Shown piece by piece: positions 46,208 to 54,921 of a stretch of DNA of 64,000 nucleotides; within the stretch, counting starts at the first letter, position 1; each line of letters begins with the position of its first letter. The DNA lies in sequence record MK962749; one strand, written 5' to 3'. Under the pieces are notes generated by a model. That model was given only the letters and a program-made list of their open reading frames with translations, searched no databases and was not told the DNA's origin. The stretch comes from Shigella phage CM1. The translations under genes were made by a program, and so were the position numbers.

Positions 46208-46312
46208 CTCACCCGATACCGTTGGAAGATAAGATCACATTAGCCATGGTTGCAATCAGGCCAATACCCAGGGCAATAACCAGGATCACCGCATCAATTA
46301 ATTTCTGTTTCA
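46208..46312 (-). CDS. 34-aa membrane peptide
   Basis: RBS GAGGAA; MKQKLIDAVILVIALGIGLIATMANVILSSNGIG. Confidence 0.35.
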
Positions 46313-46654
46313 TTTTGTTTTCCTCTTCTTGTTCCAGGTGGCGGACCATTCCACCGCCTTATGTATTATGCTTTGTAAGATGGTTGTTTGTTTTCAAACT
46401 ATTTTAACGATAATCATCGTACGCTTTATTAACCTGGCGAATATAACATTCAAAAGCCAGATCAATAGATTTATATTCACGGATATACTCACCATAGGAA
46501 ACCACATACATTTCTATAGCTTCCTCATATGCGAGGAGAATAGAATCCAAGCCTACGATCTCAGTCTTTGCAATAATAGCCATGATTTTTATCCTCTTTG
46601 TGGTTGGTGGGGCTTGCCCCTTTGATTTATATACTACAGTCTTATATGGTCATG

Positions 46655-46888
46655 TCAACTATTTTCAAAAAATTTTTCTGCTGTGATATTTTTCCCGGTA
46701 GGATTGGCTACTTTTAAAATTCTATCATGCACCGGACGCCCGAAAGAATAAGATCCGTATACAGTAAACCAATAATCGCCGTCAGGTTGTACTATTACCG
46801 CCGCATATGGTACGCCTTTTTCGTTTTTGCTGACAAAATAGATCACATTGCCATTAATAGCCTCAGCGCGTTTAATTTGTTCCATCAT
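46655..46888 (-). CDS. hypothetical protein
   Basis: 77-aa ORF. Confidence 0.45.
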   Translation of the reverse strand: MMEQIKRAEAINGNVIYFVSKNEKGVPYAAVIVQPDGDYWFTVYGSYSFGRPVHDRILKVANPTGKNITAEKFFENS

Positions 46889-46942
46889 GATGATTTACCT
46901 CTCTTTATTTTCATAATTGGGGCCTTTTCGGCCCCGCCAGGT

Positions 46943-47227
46943 TTATTTATTGATAGCGTGCAGCGGGAAAGGTACGCCAGGTTGATAGATAACTTTTACA
47001 ACCTCATCAGGGCAAAAGAAATTGCAGAATTCACCCTGATAAGCCTCATCCTCTTTTAATTCTTCATCAACATACTGGAAAAAGTAGTCAATGCTTGGAT
47101 AATCCTGACCGGGATTATATTCAACCATGGTTAATAACAATTCTTGATCATTCCGTACGATATGCATACCAGCTTTTAAGTATTTGGCTTCCATTTCTAC
47201 TACATCGCCAACGGTAACAATAGCCAT
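46943..47227 (-). CDS. hypothetical acidic protein
   Basis: 94-aa ORF. Confidence 0.45.
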   Translation of the reverse strand: MAIVTVGDVVEMEAKYLKAGMHIVRNDQELLLTMVEYNPGQDYPSIDYFFQYVDEELKEDEAYQGEFCNFFCPDEVVKVIYQPGVPFPLHAINK

Positions 47228-47374
47228 GGTTTTAACTCCTATCTATCCGGTTAATGATTGGAGGCCTCACCGCCCCCGACACCCTTTATTATCCATATTG
47301 TAGGACTTGATGCAAGTACTTCTTTAAAAATTTTTTAAGCGCCTTGGGGGCCGCTGTAACGCCAAAATAATAAA

Positions 47375-47410
47375 GGCTATGCAACCGCATAGCCTTTATG
47401 TGATTATATC
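47375..47410 (-). terminator. hairpin terminator, possibly bidirectional
   Basis: 8-bp stem GGCTATGC-AACC-GCATAGCC flanked by T-rich runs on both strands; approximate. Confidence 0.45.
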
Positions 47411-47432
47411 GCTGCAGGCCCTGCCAGGGGCC

Positions 47433-47783
47433 TTATTTTGCATTCTTTCCTATATTGCCGCTACGGTACCAGCGTTTACGGTGAAAATGGTAATAATCAC
47501 CATCGGCATTAAACATCAGATGATTTTCAATAACCAGCTTACGAAGGTGGGCCGGATCTTGTTCCATTCTTGCCAGATTCTGGCGGCTGTTACGTAAGCG
47601 GATAAATTCCATATTCAGGCCGTTGATTGCAGCATGGATGTCAAAGTAACCACCTTTGAGACGTTCACGCATGGCGTTAAGCTCAACACAATATACAGAT
47701 TTCTCACAAATCAAGGTATTAGCCAGGGCGCGGACCTGGGCAAGGGGGTTAAGCTCATTAAGGTAATATAGTTTTACTTTCAT
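47433..47783 (-). CDS. hypothetical protein
   Basis: 116-aa ORF. Confidence 0.45.
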   Translation of the reverse strand: MKVKLYYLNELNPLAQVRALANTLICEKSVYCVELNAMRERLKGGYFDIHAAINGLNMEFIRLRNSRQNLARMEQDPAHLRKLVIENHLMFNADGDYYHFHRKRWYRSGNIGKNAK

Positions 47784-47800
47784 AAAATCACCTGCTGAAA

Positions 47801-48100
47801 TTAGTTTGAGAAAACATCGTTCACAATAGCGATCACAATGCCGCCCACCTTGTCACGGTCAACAATGCACAAATCACCATAGATCATGTGGTAGTCTGGA
47901 TGATCTTTGACGGAATAGTCGATAAGTGTTTTCTTGTCATCCAGCTTACTAACTTCCATTCTCATAACGATATGAGAATCATCAAAGGCATTATTCCGAA
48001 AAGTCATAACCTGACCGCCAGGGCACCCGGTGATTTCCACCTCCACGCCGTCTACGATCTGACCATCAAAGAAATAAAGATTATTAGCCTGGATAAACAT
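47801..48100 (-). CDS. hypothetical protein
   Basis: ORF 47801-48121; start at second ATG with AAGGAG 8 nt upstream. Confidence 0.4.
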   Translation of the reverse strand: MFIQANNLYFFDGQIVDGVEVEITGCPGGQVMTFRNNAFDDSHIVMRMEVSKLDDKKTLIDYSVKDHPDYHMIYGDLCIVDRDKVGGIVIAIVNDVFSN

Positions 48101-48143
48101 GATCATTACTCCTTTTTGCACTGATTATTTTAACAGGGTTTAA

Positions 48144-48188
48144 ATTTACTTTATTGATGGCCCTGGAGTCAAGGCCATCTAAAAATAA
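48144..48188 (-). promoter_or_regulatory. conserved 45-bp hairpin element, copy 1 of 3
   Basis: TTTACTTTATTGATGGCCCTGGAGTCAAGGCCATCTAAAAATAA; minus-strand reading gives TTGACT-18-TAAAtT; approximate. Confidence 0.45.
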
Positions 48189-48191
48189 ATT

Positions 48192-48392
48192 TTACAGGCC
48201 TACAATCTCTTTAATTCGTTTTACTGCTGCCTCAGCGCCTTGAGGGTAAAAATTATGGTAACCAATCACGCGAGTGATACTAATCGCCGTTTGATGATCT
48301 TCATAATCACCTTTAAAGATTTCTTGACCGTCAATCAGCACGGCAATTTTTTCTTCTTTTTTGAAGTTAATAACGCGGATATTGTTGCTCAT
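48192..48392 (-). CDS. hypothetical protein
   Basis: 66-aa ORF. Confidence 0.45.
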   Translation of the reverse strand: MSNNIRVINFKKEEKIAVLIDGQEIFKGDYEDHQTAISITRVIGYHNFYPQGAEAAVKRIKEIVGL

Positions 48393-48531
48393 TTTGTTTC
48401 TCCTTTTGGAACTTTGTCTATGCGGTGGGGAGTGTCTCCCCGTTGATTGATATTATCCATATTCTGGATCGGATTGCAACACTCAGGGAGAAAAAATTTG
48501 AAAAGTTAGGCCCCAGGGATCGGGGCCGTTA

Positions 48532-48651
48532 TCAGTTACTTACAGCGATAAAATACATCCCTACGCCTAACAATATTTCAAGGGCGATGATCTCAAGCCA
48601 TACCATAACACGGCGCGCCTTATCGGTGCGGGGCTTATCCTTGGGTGTCAT
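48532..48651 (-). CDS. 39-aa membrane peptide
   Basis: Strong SD AGGAGG; MTPKDKPRTDKARRVMVWLEIIALEILLGVGMYFIAVSN. Confidence 0.35.
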   Translation of the reverse strand: MTPKDKPRTDKARRVMVWLEIIALEILLGVGMYFIAVSN

Positions 48652-48760
48652 CGTCTCCTCCTTTCCTCCTGTTAGCAGTGACGTGGTTTGCAATGGCCCC
48701 CAGGAGTATTATCACCACGCACATTACAAGAAAAATTATCTCTGTCGTTGTTCGATCCAT
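48635..48760 (-). CDS. 41-aa membrane peptide
   Basis: Internal ATG of ORF 48635-48817; MDRTTTEIIFLVMCVVIILLGAIANHVTANRRKGGDDDTQG. Confidence 0.3.
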   Translation of the reverse strand: MDRTTTEIIFLVMCVVIILLGAIANHVTANRRKGGDDDTQG

Positions 48761-48870
48761 TGTTATAAAATTCCTTAAGATCAGGCCTGAAAATAAAGCT
48801 TTCGTTATTGAATCCATCCCGCCAGGCGGCTGGCTTCAAATCTTCACTAAAGGGGTTAATTAACGTGGCA

Positions 48871-49242
48871 TTATTTAAACGGCTGGTCCACATATTTTCT
48901 ATTCCTCTCAAATAGGCGATCCGCCTCAGTTAAACAAATCTCATGGGCGTGATCTCTGGTTTTAGCTTCATCGAAAACCTGTTGTGCAAGGCTGCAACGT
49001 AGGGAGACTGGAAGATCGCTGTAGTAGGCGTTGACAAATGTTTGAGCGTCGTACAGGTCTGAAAATACTTTACCCTTTCTATTATTCCCCTTGTCAACAA
49101 TTGCAAGGATAACCAATACAATAGTTGCAACCACTCCCAGGAAAATAGATATAACAAACCATAGAAAAGCGGATCTACCCATCTTGCCAGCGATCCAGGC
49201 GTTGAACAAGGCAACTACTACAGCCAAAATAATAAATTCCAT
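48871..49242 (-). CDS. membrane protein (two TM helices)
   Basis: ORF 48871-49275; start at MEFIILAVVVALF. Confidence 0.45.
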   Translation of the reverse strand: MEFIILAVVVALFNAWIAGKMGRSAFLWFVISIFLGVVATIVLVILAIVDKGNNRKGKVFSDLYDAQTFVNAYYSDLPVSLRCSLAQQVFDEAKTRDHAHEICLTEADRLFERNRKYVDQPFK

Positions 49243-49306
49243 TCTATGTACCTCTTTTGCAGTTCTGTTTAACAATAAGGCGGCAAATATGCCGCCTGTT
49301 ACCTGA

Positions 49307-49687
49307 TTAAAAATTATCGCCGTAAATCTTTCCGCTTTCTGCCCACACCACCACGCGGGGCATGTTATCCCATACGTCTTGTTTTAGATTTAACGCGTGC
49401 AATTCTTCTGTGGTGCTCATACCAGGCACGGGCTGATTGTATACTGCAAAACGACCACCTGCATAATCATAAGCTAAAGTCAAATCGCACTGAATCATTT
49501 TCTTGATCATGGCGTTAAGCATAGCGTTAGCCGCGTACTGGTCACGTTTTAAAGGCAACTCTTTGATTAGTTTGCGATAGTTTTCGATATGGTCGCACAC
49601 TGTTTCACGTGGAAGATCTTTCATATCTTCACGGAATGTAACCAGGTTAAACATAACGGTGTCAATAGCTTTAGTAGTGTTTTTCAT
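49307..49687 (-). CDS. hypothetical protein
   Basis: 126-aa ORF; promoter-like TTGCAA-17-TATTAA and leader hairpin upstream. Confidence 0.45.
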   Translation of the reverse strand: MKNTTKAIDTVMFNLVTFREDMKDLPRETVCDHIENYRKLIKELPLKRDQYAANAMLNAMIKKMIQCDLTLAYDYAGGRFAVYNQPVPGMSTTEELHALNLKQDVWDNMPRVVVWAESGKIYGDNF

Positions 49688-49778
49688 GATGTTTTCCTCT
49701 TTGTTTTGTGTGGGGGCAAGTCATCTCGCCCCCTTAAGTTTTAATATAGCAGGTTTTTAGATTATTGCAACACTTTAT

Positions 49779-50402
49779 TTATGAAAAACTCATCTCTCCA
49801 TATTCATCCACATCAAACCGCCAATCATTGGCTTCAATAAGGCCGATCAAGTTTTCGGTAGTAAACTGTTCAAGATAGGCCTCCTCCAGGTCTACATAAA
49901 CCTTGCGGGATAGCTCCCGTACCGTCTCGGTGATCAGCTCTTCCAGATCTTCCACTTTATTTTCTTGTTTTGCGGTCAGATCTAGCCAGGCAGTATCAAT
50001 ATATCCGCTTACAGTGTTTTCATGGCTGTAATGGCTGTACTTGTCGCGTTCAACACTGGCTGATAGTTCGCCATCGTGCATTGTGCCGAACAAGTGACGA
50101 ATTGATCGGAACTTGGTCAGGGCCTTGACTTTACGCAAGAATTTCTCTAAGTCTACATTTTCAGCACTAATTGACGCGCCATCGCCTTGACACCAAAAGC
50201 CGGACCAATGTACATCGGTATCTTCAAGGCCGTACTCTGGAAAAACTTGTTCTTTATAATATTCAATTACACTTTCTGCGAAAAAATCCTCTCCGCTGTG
50301 TTCTTCTCTTTCGCGGACCATTTCAATAGCTTTTTCTTTTTGTTCGTCGGTCAGCACGTCGAAAGATAAATTGCAACCTGTGGTAATGTTAACGGTAGTC
50401 AT
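49779..50402 (-). CDS. hypothetical acidic protein
   Basis: 207-aa ORF; promoter TTGACA-16-TATACT and leader hairpin GGCGGGAAAACTTCCCGCC upstream. Confidence 0.5.
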   Translation of the reverse strand: MTTVNITTGCNLSFDVLTDEQKEKAIEMVREREEHSGEDFFAESVIEYYKEQVFPEYGLEDTDVHWSGFWCQGDGASISAENVDLEKFLRKVKALTKFRSIRHLFGTMHDGELSASVERDKYSHYSHENTVSGYIDTAWLDLTAKQENKVEDLEELITETVRELSRKVYVDLEEAYLEQFTTENLIGLIEANDWRFDVDEYGEMSFS

Positions 50403-50485
50403 GATATTTTCTCCTATTTTCTTTGTTAGTGGCGGGAAGTTTTCCCGCCTGTGTGTTTAAGTATACTTATTGAGGCTTACTTGTC
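50403..50485 (-). promoter_or_regulatory. sigma70-like promoter plus 5'-leader hairpin
   Basis: Minus-strand reading: TTGACA, 16 bp, TATACT, then GGCGGGAAAACTTCCCGCC, then GGAG RBS; approximate. Confidence 0.5.
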
Positions 50486-50737
50486 AACACTATTTTTTAA
50501 ATTATTGTGGCGTAAAATGTTTAGAATCTCTTCAACGTCATCAACACGGCGGCAATTTTTAAACGCTACCAATTGCCCCATGATTTTAATCACTGGGCGG
50601 CCTTGCCAGTGCCCCTGGAGAAAGCGCGCCTTGACTTTATCGGTGGAACTATCACGCCACCAAATAGCCTTGTTGTTGCAGTAGTAAAAATTATTCAGGA
50701 CAACATCAACTTTATCAAAATTTTTTAATTTACGCAT
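50477..50737 (-). CDS. hypothetical protein
   Basis: 86-aa ORF. Confidence 0.45.
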   Translation of the reverse strand: MRKLKNFDKVDVVLNNFYYCNNKAIWWRDSSTDKVKARFLQGHWQGRPVIKIMGQLVAFKNCRRVDDVEEILNILRHNNLKNSVDK

Positions 50738-50949
50738 GGCGTTTACTCCTTTCTCTCTTTGATGTGGTTAGTATAGCTAACCTGTTTAAGATGTCAAGCT
50801 TTAAATAAAATCACTGTCAATGATATTTTTAACGCCATAAAACGGCCCTAAGCGATGTTTTCAGGTTAAAGGGGGGCGATTGCATAGGTGGGGCCTTTTT
50901 GGCGCTTACAGGGCCAACCAGGGGCGCTATTCGTAGGATAGAAATAAAA

Positions 50950-50990
50950 AGCCCCGCACAATGGCGGGGCGTTGGTTGTTATTTGTCTTT
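50950..50990 (-). terminator. rho-independent terminator (minus strand)
   Basis: Minus-strand hairpin GCCCCGCC-ATTGT-GCGGGGC followed by TTTTTATTT; approximate. Confidence 0.6.
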
Positions 50991-51164
50991 ATGGCGGTAT
51001 CGTTCTGCCTGTCGTTCACGTTCCAAAAGTAGGCCAGGCAATTTACGATCATAATGATTCCGCCAGATCTTCCCAAATCTTTTTGGCTTATTCAGTTTAT
51101 TGTTGCGCTGGCGACGTTCCGGCAACTCTTCGGAATCATGAGGGCGCTTTACAATTTTTCGAAA

Positions 51165-51518
51165 TTAATTTTCATAACTTCCCCCCTTACTGATCTCAAT
51201 ATTTGCCTGAATCGCCCGGATACGCCGTTTTATAACCTCCTGATCCTTGCAATCATATCCCCAAAAGTCTACGATTTTTGCGCCTCCAGCCTTTAGGCGG
51301 TATAGTGTTTCTTGCATCTTGTAGGCCGGGATCGGTCGCGGTGTTACCTGGTCGCCCTTCTCATTCTTGTACTTGATAATGTAGTCTTCATTGTCGTTGA
51401 ATACCCAAAATGGGTATTCTGTGAGCGCGTTGCTCTCTTTTTCGTTTTTAGATTGGATCTTGTTTACAATTAAAGCCGTAGCAATAGCGCCAATAATAAA
51501 ACTTGCCCCACTGATCAT
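51165..51518 (-). CDS. membrane-anchored protein
   Basis: ORF 51165-51536; start at MISGASFIIGAI with AAAGGAGAAAG. Confidence 0.45.
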   Translation of the reverse strand: MISGASFIIGAIATALIVNKIQSKNEKESNALTEYPFWVFNDNEDYIIKYKNEKGDQVTPRPIPAYKMQETLYRLKAGGAKIVDFWGYDCKDQEVIKRRIRAIQANIEISKGGSYEN

Positions 51519-51594
51519 GTTACTTTCTCCTTTCATTGTATTGATAAACTATCTTTATAGATGGCCCTGCTACCAGGACCACCGAAAAAACAGT

Positions 51595-51840
51595 TTATTT
51601 GACGATACCGACAAAACAGATCCCGCCTTCCCCTATATAGGCAATATCGGTAATTTTATAATTTGTCAAGATCCGCGTGTTCAGCTCATTAATAAAATCT
51701 GTCATCGCGTTGGTGTAGTTGTCTTCCGTGTCTAAGGCATAATCCCAGGTGTAAACCTTTTTACGTCCGAAGCCTTTTACCATGATACGGGCGCTTTTGG
51801 TGTTGGTAGGGGCATAATATTTGGTGATTAGTGCTGCCAT
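51595..51840 (-). CDS. hypothetical protein
   Basis: 81-aa ORF. Confidence 0.45.
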   Translation of the reverse strand: MAALITKYYAPTNTKSARIMVKGFGRKKVYTWDYALDTEDNYTNAMTDFINELNTRILTNYKITDIAYIGEGGICFVGIVK

Positions 51841-51882
51841 GGTTTTAACTCCTATGCATTAGTTCAGTGTTAACAGTATAAA

Positions 51883-51927
51883 GTTTACTTTATTGATGGC
51901 CCTGGAGTCAAGGCCATCTAAAAATAA
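51883..51927 (-). promoter_or_regulatory. conserved 45-bp hairpin element, copy 2 of 3
   Basis: Same GATGGCCCTGGAGTCAAGGCCATC hairpin with T-rich flank; approximate. Confidence 0.45.
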
Positions 51928-51929
51928 TC

Positions 51930-52280
51930 TTACTCGTTTTCTTCCAGCTCCGCAAGCTCTTCTTTTGCTTCTTCCAACTCTGTCTGTAATTCCTGGTATT
52001 CTTCATCGTCCTCAATATCCAGGCTGTCGATGTAGTCGCTAAATCCGCAGCGGTAAGCGATAGGATCTAGCTCTTTGAGGATACGCGACGGAAGAAAAGA
52101 AATGTTTCCGATCATAATTTCGCCGTAGATCTCGTCTAACCATTCATCATAGTTTTCGTCGTACTTGTCCTCGTCGATTTCAAAGTTATCGATCTTGTCT
52201 TCAAGTTCTGCAATCTGTTTTTTCAGGGCGGCGATCTGCAGGGCTTTTTCTTCGGCGGTCATAGTGATGGAAGTATTCAT
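51930..52280 (-). CDS. highly acidic coiled-coil protein
   Basis: 116 aa, D/E-rich with heptad-like N-terminus; promoter TTGACA-17-TATAAT and leader hairpin upstream. Confidence 0.5.
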   Translation of the reverse strand: MNTSITMTAEEKALQIAALKKQIAELEDKIDNFEIDEDKYDENYDEWLDEIYGEIMIGNISFLPSRILKELDPIAYRCGFSDYIDSLDIEDDEEYQELQTELEEAKEELAELEENE

Positions 52281-52360
52281 AATGTTTTCTCCTTTTGGTG
52301 TTCTGGGAAGTTTTCCCGTTTATGTGCTTAGTATTATACTGATTTAAGTTAGCTTGTCAA

Positions 52361-52480
52361 TTAAAAGTTTAAGAAAAATTTTGCGAAATCATTGGCGCTA
52401 CTCATCAACATTTGCGCCAGGATGTAACCAATGATGCAAACGATAATAGTTACCTTTGTGTGCTGGCGTGTAGTGCTCAT
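52361..52480 (-). CDS. 39-aa membrane peptide
   Basis: Strong SD AAGGAGG; MSTTRQHTKVTIIVCIIGYILAQMLMSSANDFAKFFLNF. Confidence 0.35.
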   Translation of the reverse strand: MSTTRQHTKVTIIVCIIGYILAQMLMSSANDFAKFFLNF

Positions 52481-52508
52481 CTTCAAGCCTCCTTTTTAAC
52501 TGGGATTA

Positions 52509-52553
52509 GTTTACTTTACTGATGGCCCTGGAGTCAAGGCCATCTAAAAATAA
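52509..52553 (-). promoter_or_regulatory. conserved 45-bp hairpin element, copy 3 of 3
   Basis: Same GATGGCCCTGGAGTCAAGGCCATC hairpin; approximate. Confidence 0.45.
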
Positions 52554-52555
52554 AC

Positions 52556-52951
52556 TCAATAAGTTTTTAGTACTTTCCCGTCCAATCTGTCAAGCTGGAT
52601 CTCGATAGCTGCAGAAAACCTATTGTAAACCACATCGCCCAAGGAGTCCAGCCAATCTATGACGTTATACACCTGCTCTTTATTCTTGCAAGTCCGGATC
52701 CGTTTCATTACGTAAGACGGATCAATATTAGCGCTCTCGTTGTTGTGGTCATGCTCCTGGCCTGCTGCATTAGTTATAGATTTTACAACCACCTGAAAAG
52801 GCTTTAAGGTGCCTTTTGCGTTCATCTCACGCGCTTTTGCGGCGCGGTTGTTATATGTTACACAACGGCGGCAAATGTTGACCAAATGCATGTCAATAAT
52901 TTTTTCATCGTTTGCCAGTTCGTTCATGATGCGGCGTACGTTCTTATTCAT
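52556..52951 (-). CDS. hypothetical protein
   Basis: 131-aa ORF; upstream TTGACA-16-TAAACT and hairpin GGCGGGAATGTTTCCCGCC. Confidence 0.45.
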   Translation of the reverse strand: MNKNVRRIMNELANDEKIIDMHLVNICRRCVTYNNRAAKAREMNAKGTLKPFQVVVKSITNAAGQEHDHNNESANIDPSYVMKRIRTCKNKEQVYNVIDWLDSLGDVVYNRFSAAIEIQLDRLDGKVLKTY

Positions 52952-53033
52952 GATCTTTTTCCTTTGTGTTGGCGGGAAACATTCCCGCCTTTTGTGATTA
53001 GTTTACTTGAATTTTGCAGCGTGTCAACAATTT

Positions 53034-53432
53034 TTATTCGTGGGCGCATGTTACAATGTGCTTTTTATAGCCCAGGTGGTTAGCAAGTGCCGACAAAAAC
53101 TCTTCTTCATAGATCCAGCCGTTGGCAGTGATCCCCATAGCATTTAATGCGCTCTCAAGTGCTGCATTAGCTTTATCGTAACCGTGACCGCTCGCCTTCC
53201 CGCCAGTATAACCGTACTTATTGTTCTTGTTGTCGTGAATCCAAAAAACGCAGTATTGAGTGTTCCCGCTGGCGGCGGCATAATACCGGATCTCAGCTAC
53301 TTCGTGCAAATTATTGTCATCGTCCAGGCCCACCAGATTATAAGCCTTGTAAAATCCACGATCCCGGCGGCAGTTCTTGACATCAGAAAAAGAAAAGTCC
53401 GCATTATCAAAATTAAAGGTAGTGGTTTTCAT
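53034..53432 (-). CDS. hypothetical protein
   Basis: 132-aa ORF. Confidence 0.45.
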   Translation of the reverse strand: MKTTTFNFDNADFSFSDVKNCRRDRGFYKAYNLVGLDDDNNLHEVAEIRYYAAASGNTQYCVFWIHDNKNNKYGYTGGKASGHGYDKANAALESALNAMGITANGWIYEEEFLSALANHLGYKKHIVTCAHE

Positions 53433-53496
53433 GATTTTATCCTCTTAGTGTCTTTTGTGCTTTTAGTGTATTTGGTGTCAGACTATATGTCAATAC

Positions 53497-53694
53497 TTAT
53501 TTTTTATTAAACCAGTGGTTGATCTGGCCTTTTGTCAGGGCGCAACGATTAAGCTGTTGCCGGGTATAGCTCTGACCGCGACGGAATTTATAAAGGCCTT
53601 GCCCGTTGTTGATGGTTACGTCCACCTGGCAAACCATTTGATCGGTGACGGCCTGGTAAGTGTTGCGACGTACTTTAATTCCGTAGGCGTTCAT
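53497..53694 (-). CDS. hypothetical basic protein
   Basis: 65-aa ORF. Confidence 0.4.
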   Translation of the reverse strand: MNAYGIKVRRNTYQAVTDQMVCQVDVTINNGQGLYKFRRGQSYTRQQLNRCALTKGQINHWFNKK

Positions 53695-54089
53695 GATTTT
53701 TTATCCTCTCTGTTAATTAGTGTGGTGTTGTTCACCTTGCGAGGATAAGAATAACAGAACTCTCCGAGCTGTCAACCATTAGTTAGAATTATTTTTTGGG
53801 AAGAATTCTCCAGCCGCCGCCCCTGCCAGGTTAACCATCATTTTTCGTACTCTTCTTTATGTTCCAACGCTCCCGCCATAGCCTTTTCAACCAGGGTGAT
53901 AACTTCAGCGGCGTTGATCGCTACATTTTCCAGGGGATTATATTACTTTTCATTTTTGTACCTCCTCTTCAATTGTTACCTGCCCTGTAGCATAGGCCTG
54001 CCAGGCTGGCCCCGCCAGGTTGCAACGGTTAGCGCATCAGGTTAGAAAAATTTTTTGAAAAGTGTTGACAGCGGCCCCGCCAGGTGGCA

Positions 54090-54330
54090 CAATATACCTA
54101 TCGAAAGGACGGCAGGCACCGGTGACGGGGGAGACAACCACCGGGGATGGGCGCTGCATAAAATGAGAACGGTTATCATTATCATTTAAAAATTTATGCA
54201 AAAAATCCTTGCTTTCTTTGTCCTGTGTGATACTATAATAACAAGCCGGGGCAACAGGGGCCGGGAGACAATCACCGGGGGTGCCCGTTATTCTGCAAAC
54301 GAGAATGATTATCATTCAAAATTCTAAATG
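54090..54330 (+). ncRNA. two tandem related GC-rich units, candidate small RNAs or regulator-binding module (strand uncertain)
   Basis: Unit A (CACCGGTGACGGGGGAGACAACCACCGGGGATGGGCG...GAGAACGGTTATCATT) and unit B (GGGGCCGGGAGACAATCACCGGGGGTGCCCG...GAGAATGATTATCATT), each after a promoter-like TTGACA or TATAAT; approximate. Confidence 0.3.
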
Positions 54331-54419
54331 AGAACTCCTCGCATTTAATAAATTTAATTAGCGTGCTAATTACCCTCCGTAACAATTTCCTATAAAACAG
54401 TATCCCATAAAATATTCCC

Positions 54420-54640
54420 ATATAGAAATTTTAAAAATCCATTTCTGAAAACGAAAAATCGATTTCGTTCCCAAAAATTTCAGGTCGAGCTCCGGAACGA
54501 TTTCCAGAAAATCCGATTCAGAAAACGAAAAACAGATCGAGTACTGAGAAATTTATCGAGAAAAATTTTCAGAAAATTCAATCTTTGAAACGAAAAACAG
54601 ATCGAGTACCCGGAAAGCTGTACCGCAACCTCAAGATAGT
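54420..54640. repeat. array of three imperfect direct repeats
   Basis: GAAAACGAAAAA(T/C)(C/A)GAT(T/C)... three times at about 65-80 bp spacing, each preceded by AATCC(A/G)ATT; approximate. Confidence 0.6.
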
Positions 54641-54921
54641 GGTTAGACTATTACCATAAAAAGTAAAGGGTAAGTGGAGGAAGTTCTAGTAGAAGGATGT
54701 GAGCATGTGCGGGAAATCTGTAGTGGTGGTCTGGAATATGGTGCAAACGATAGGATGAGCGATTCAGCTTGTCGCGCCTACTCTGAAAAATCCATTTTAG
54801 TTTTCGATCCATTTTCTGATTTTCTAAGAATTTTAAAATATCTGGTCCGGTGAAATATCAAAAGGAGGAAATCCATTTTAGAAATCCTCCTGATCTCTAG
54901 CAACCTGATAACTTAAAAATA

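Noticed and set aside
54037-54315. 92-aa minus-strand ORF across the paired GC-rich units
   Set aside because: Lies entirely within repeat-structured non-coding DNA, no RBS, Pro/Gly-rich translation typical of GC-rich non-coding sequence.
54420-54640. Possible CRISPR array
   Set aside because: Repeats are imperfect, only three copies, irregular spacing, no cas genes in the window; better explained as iterons.
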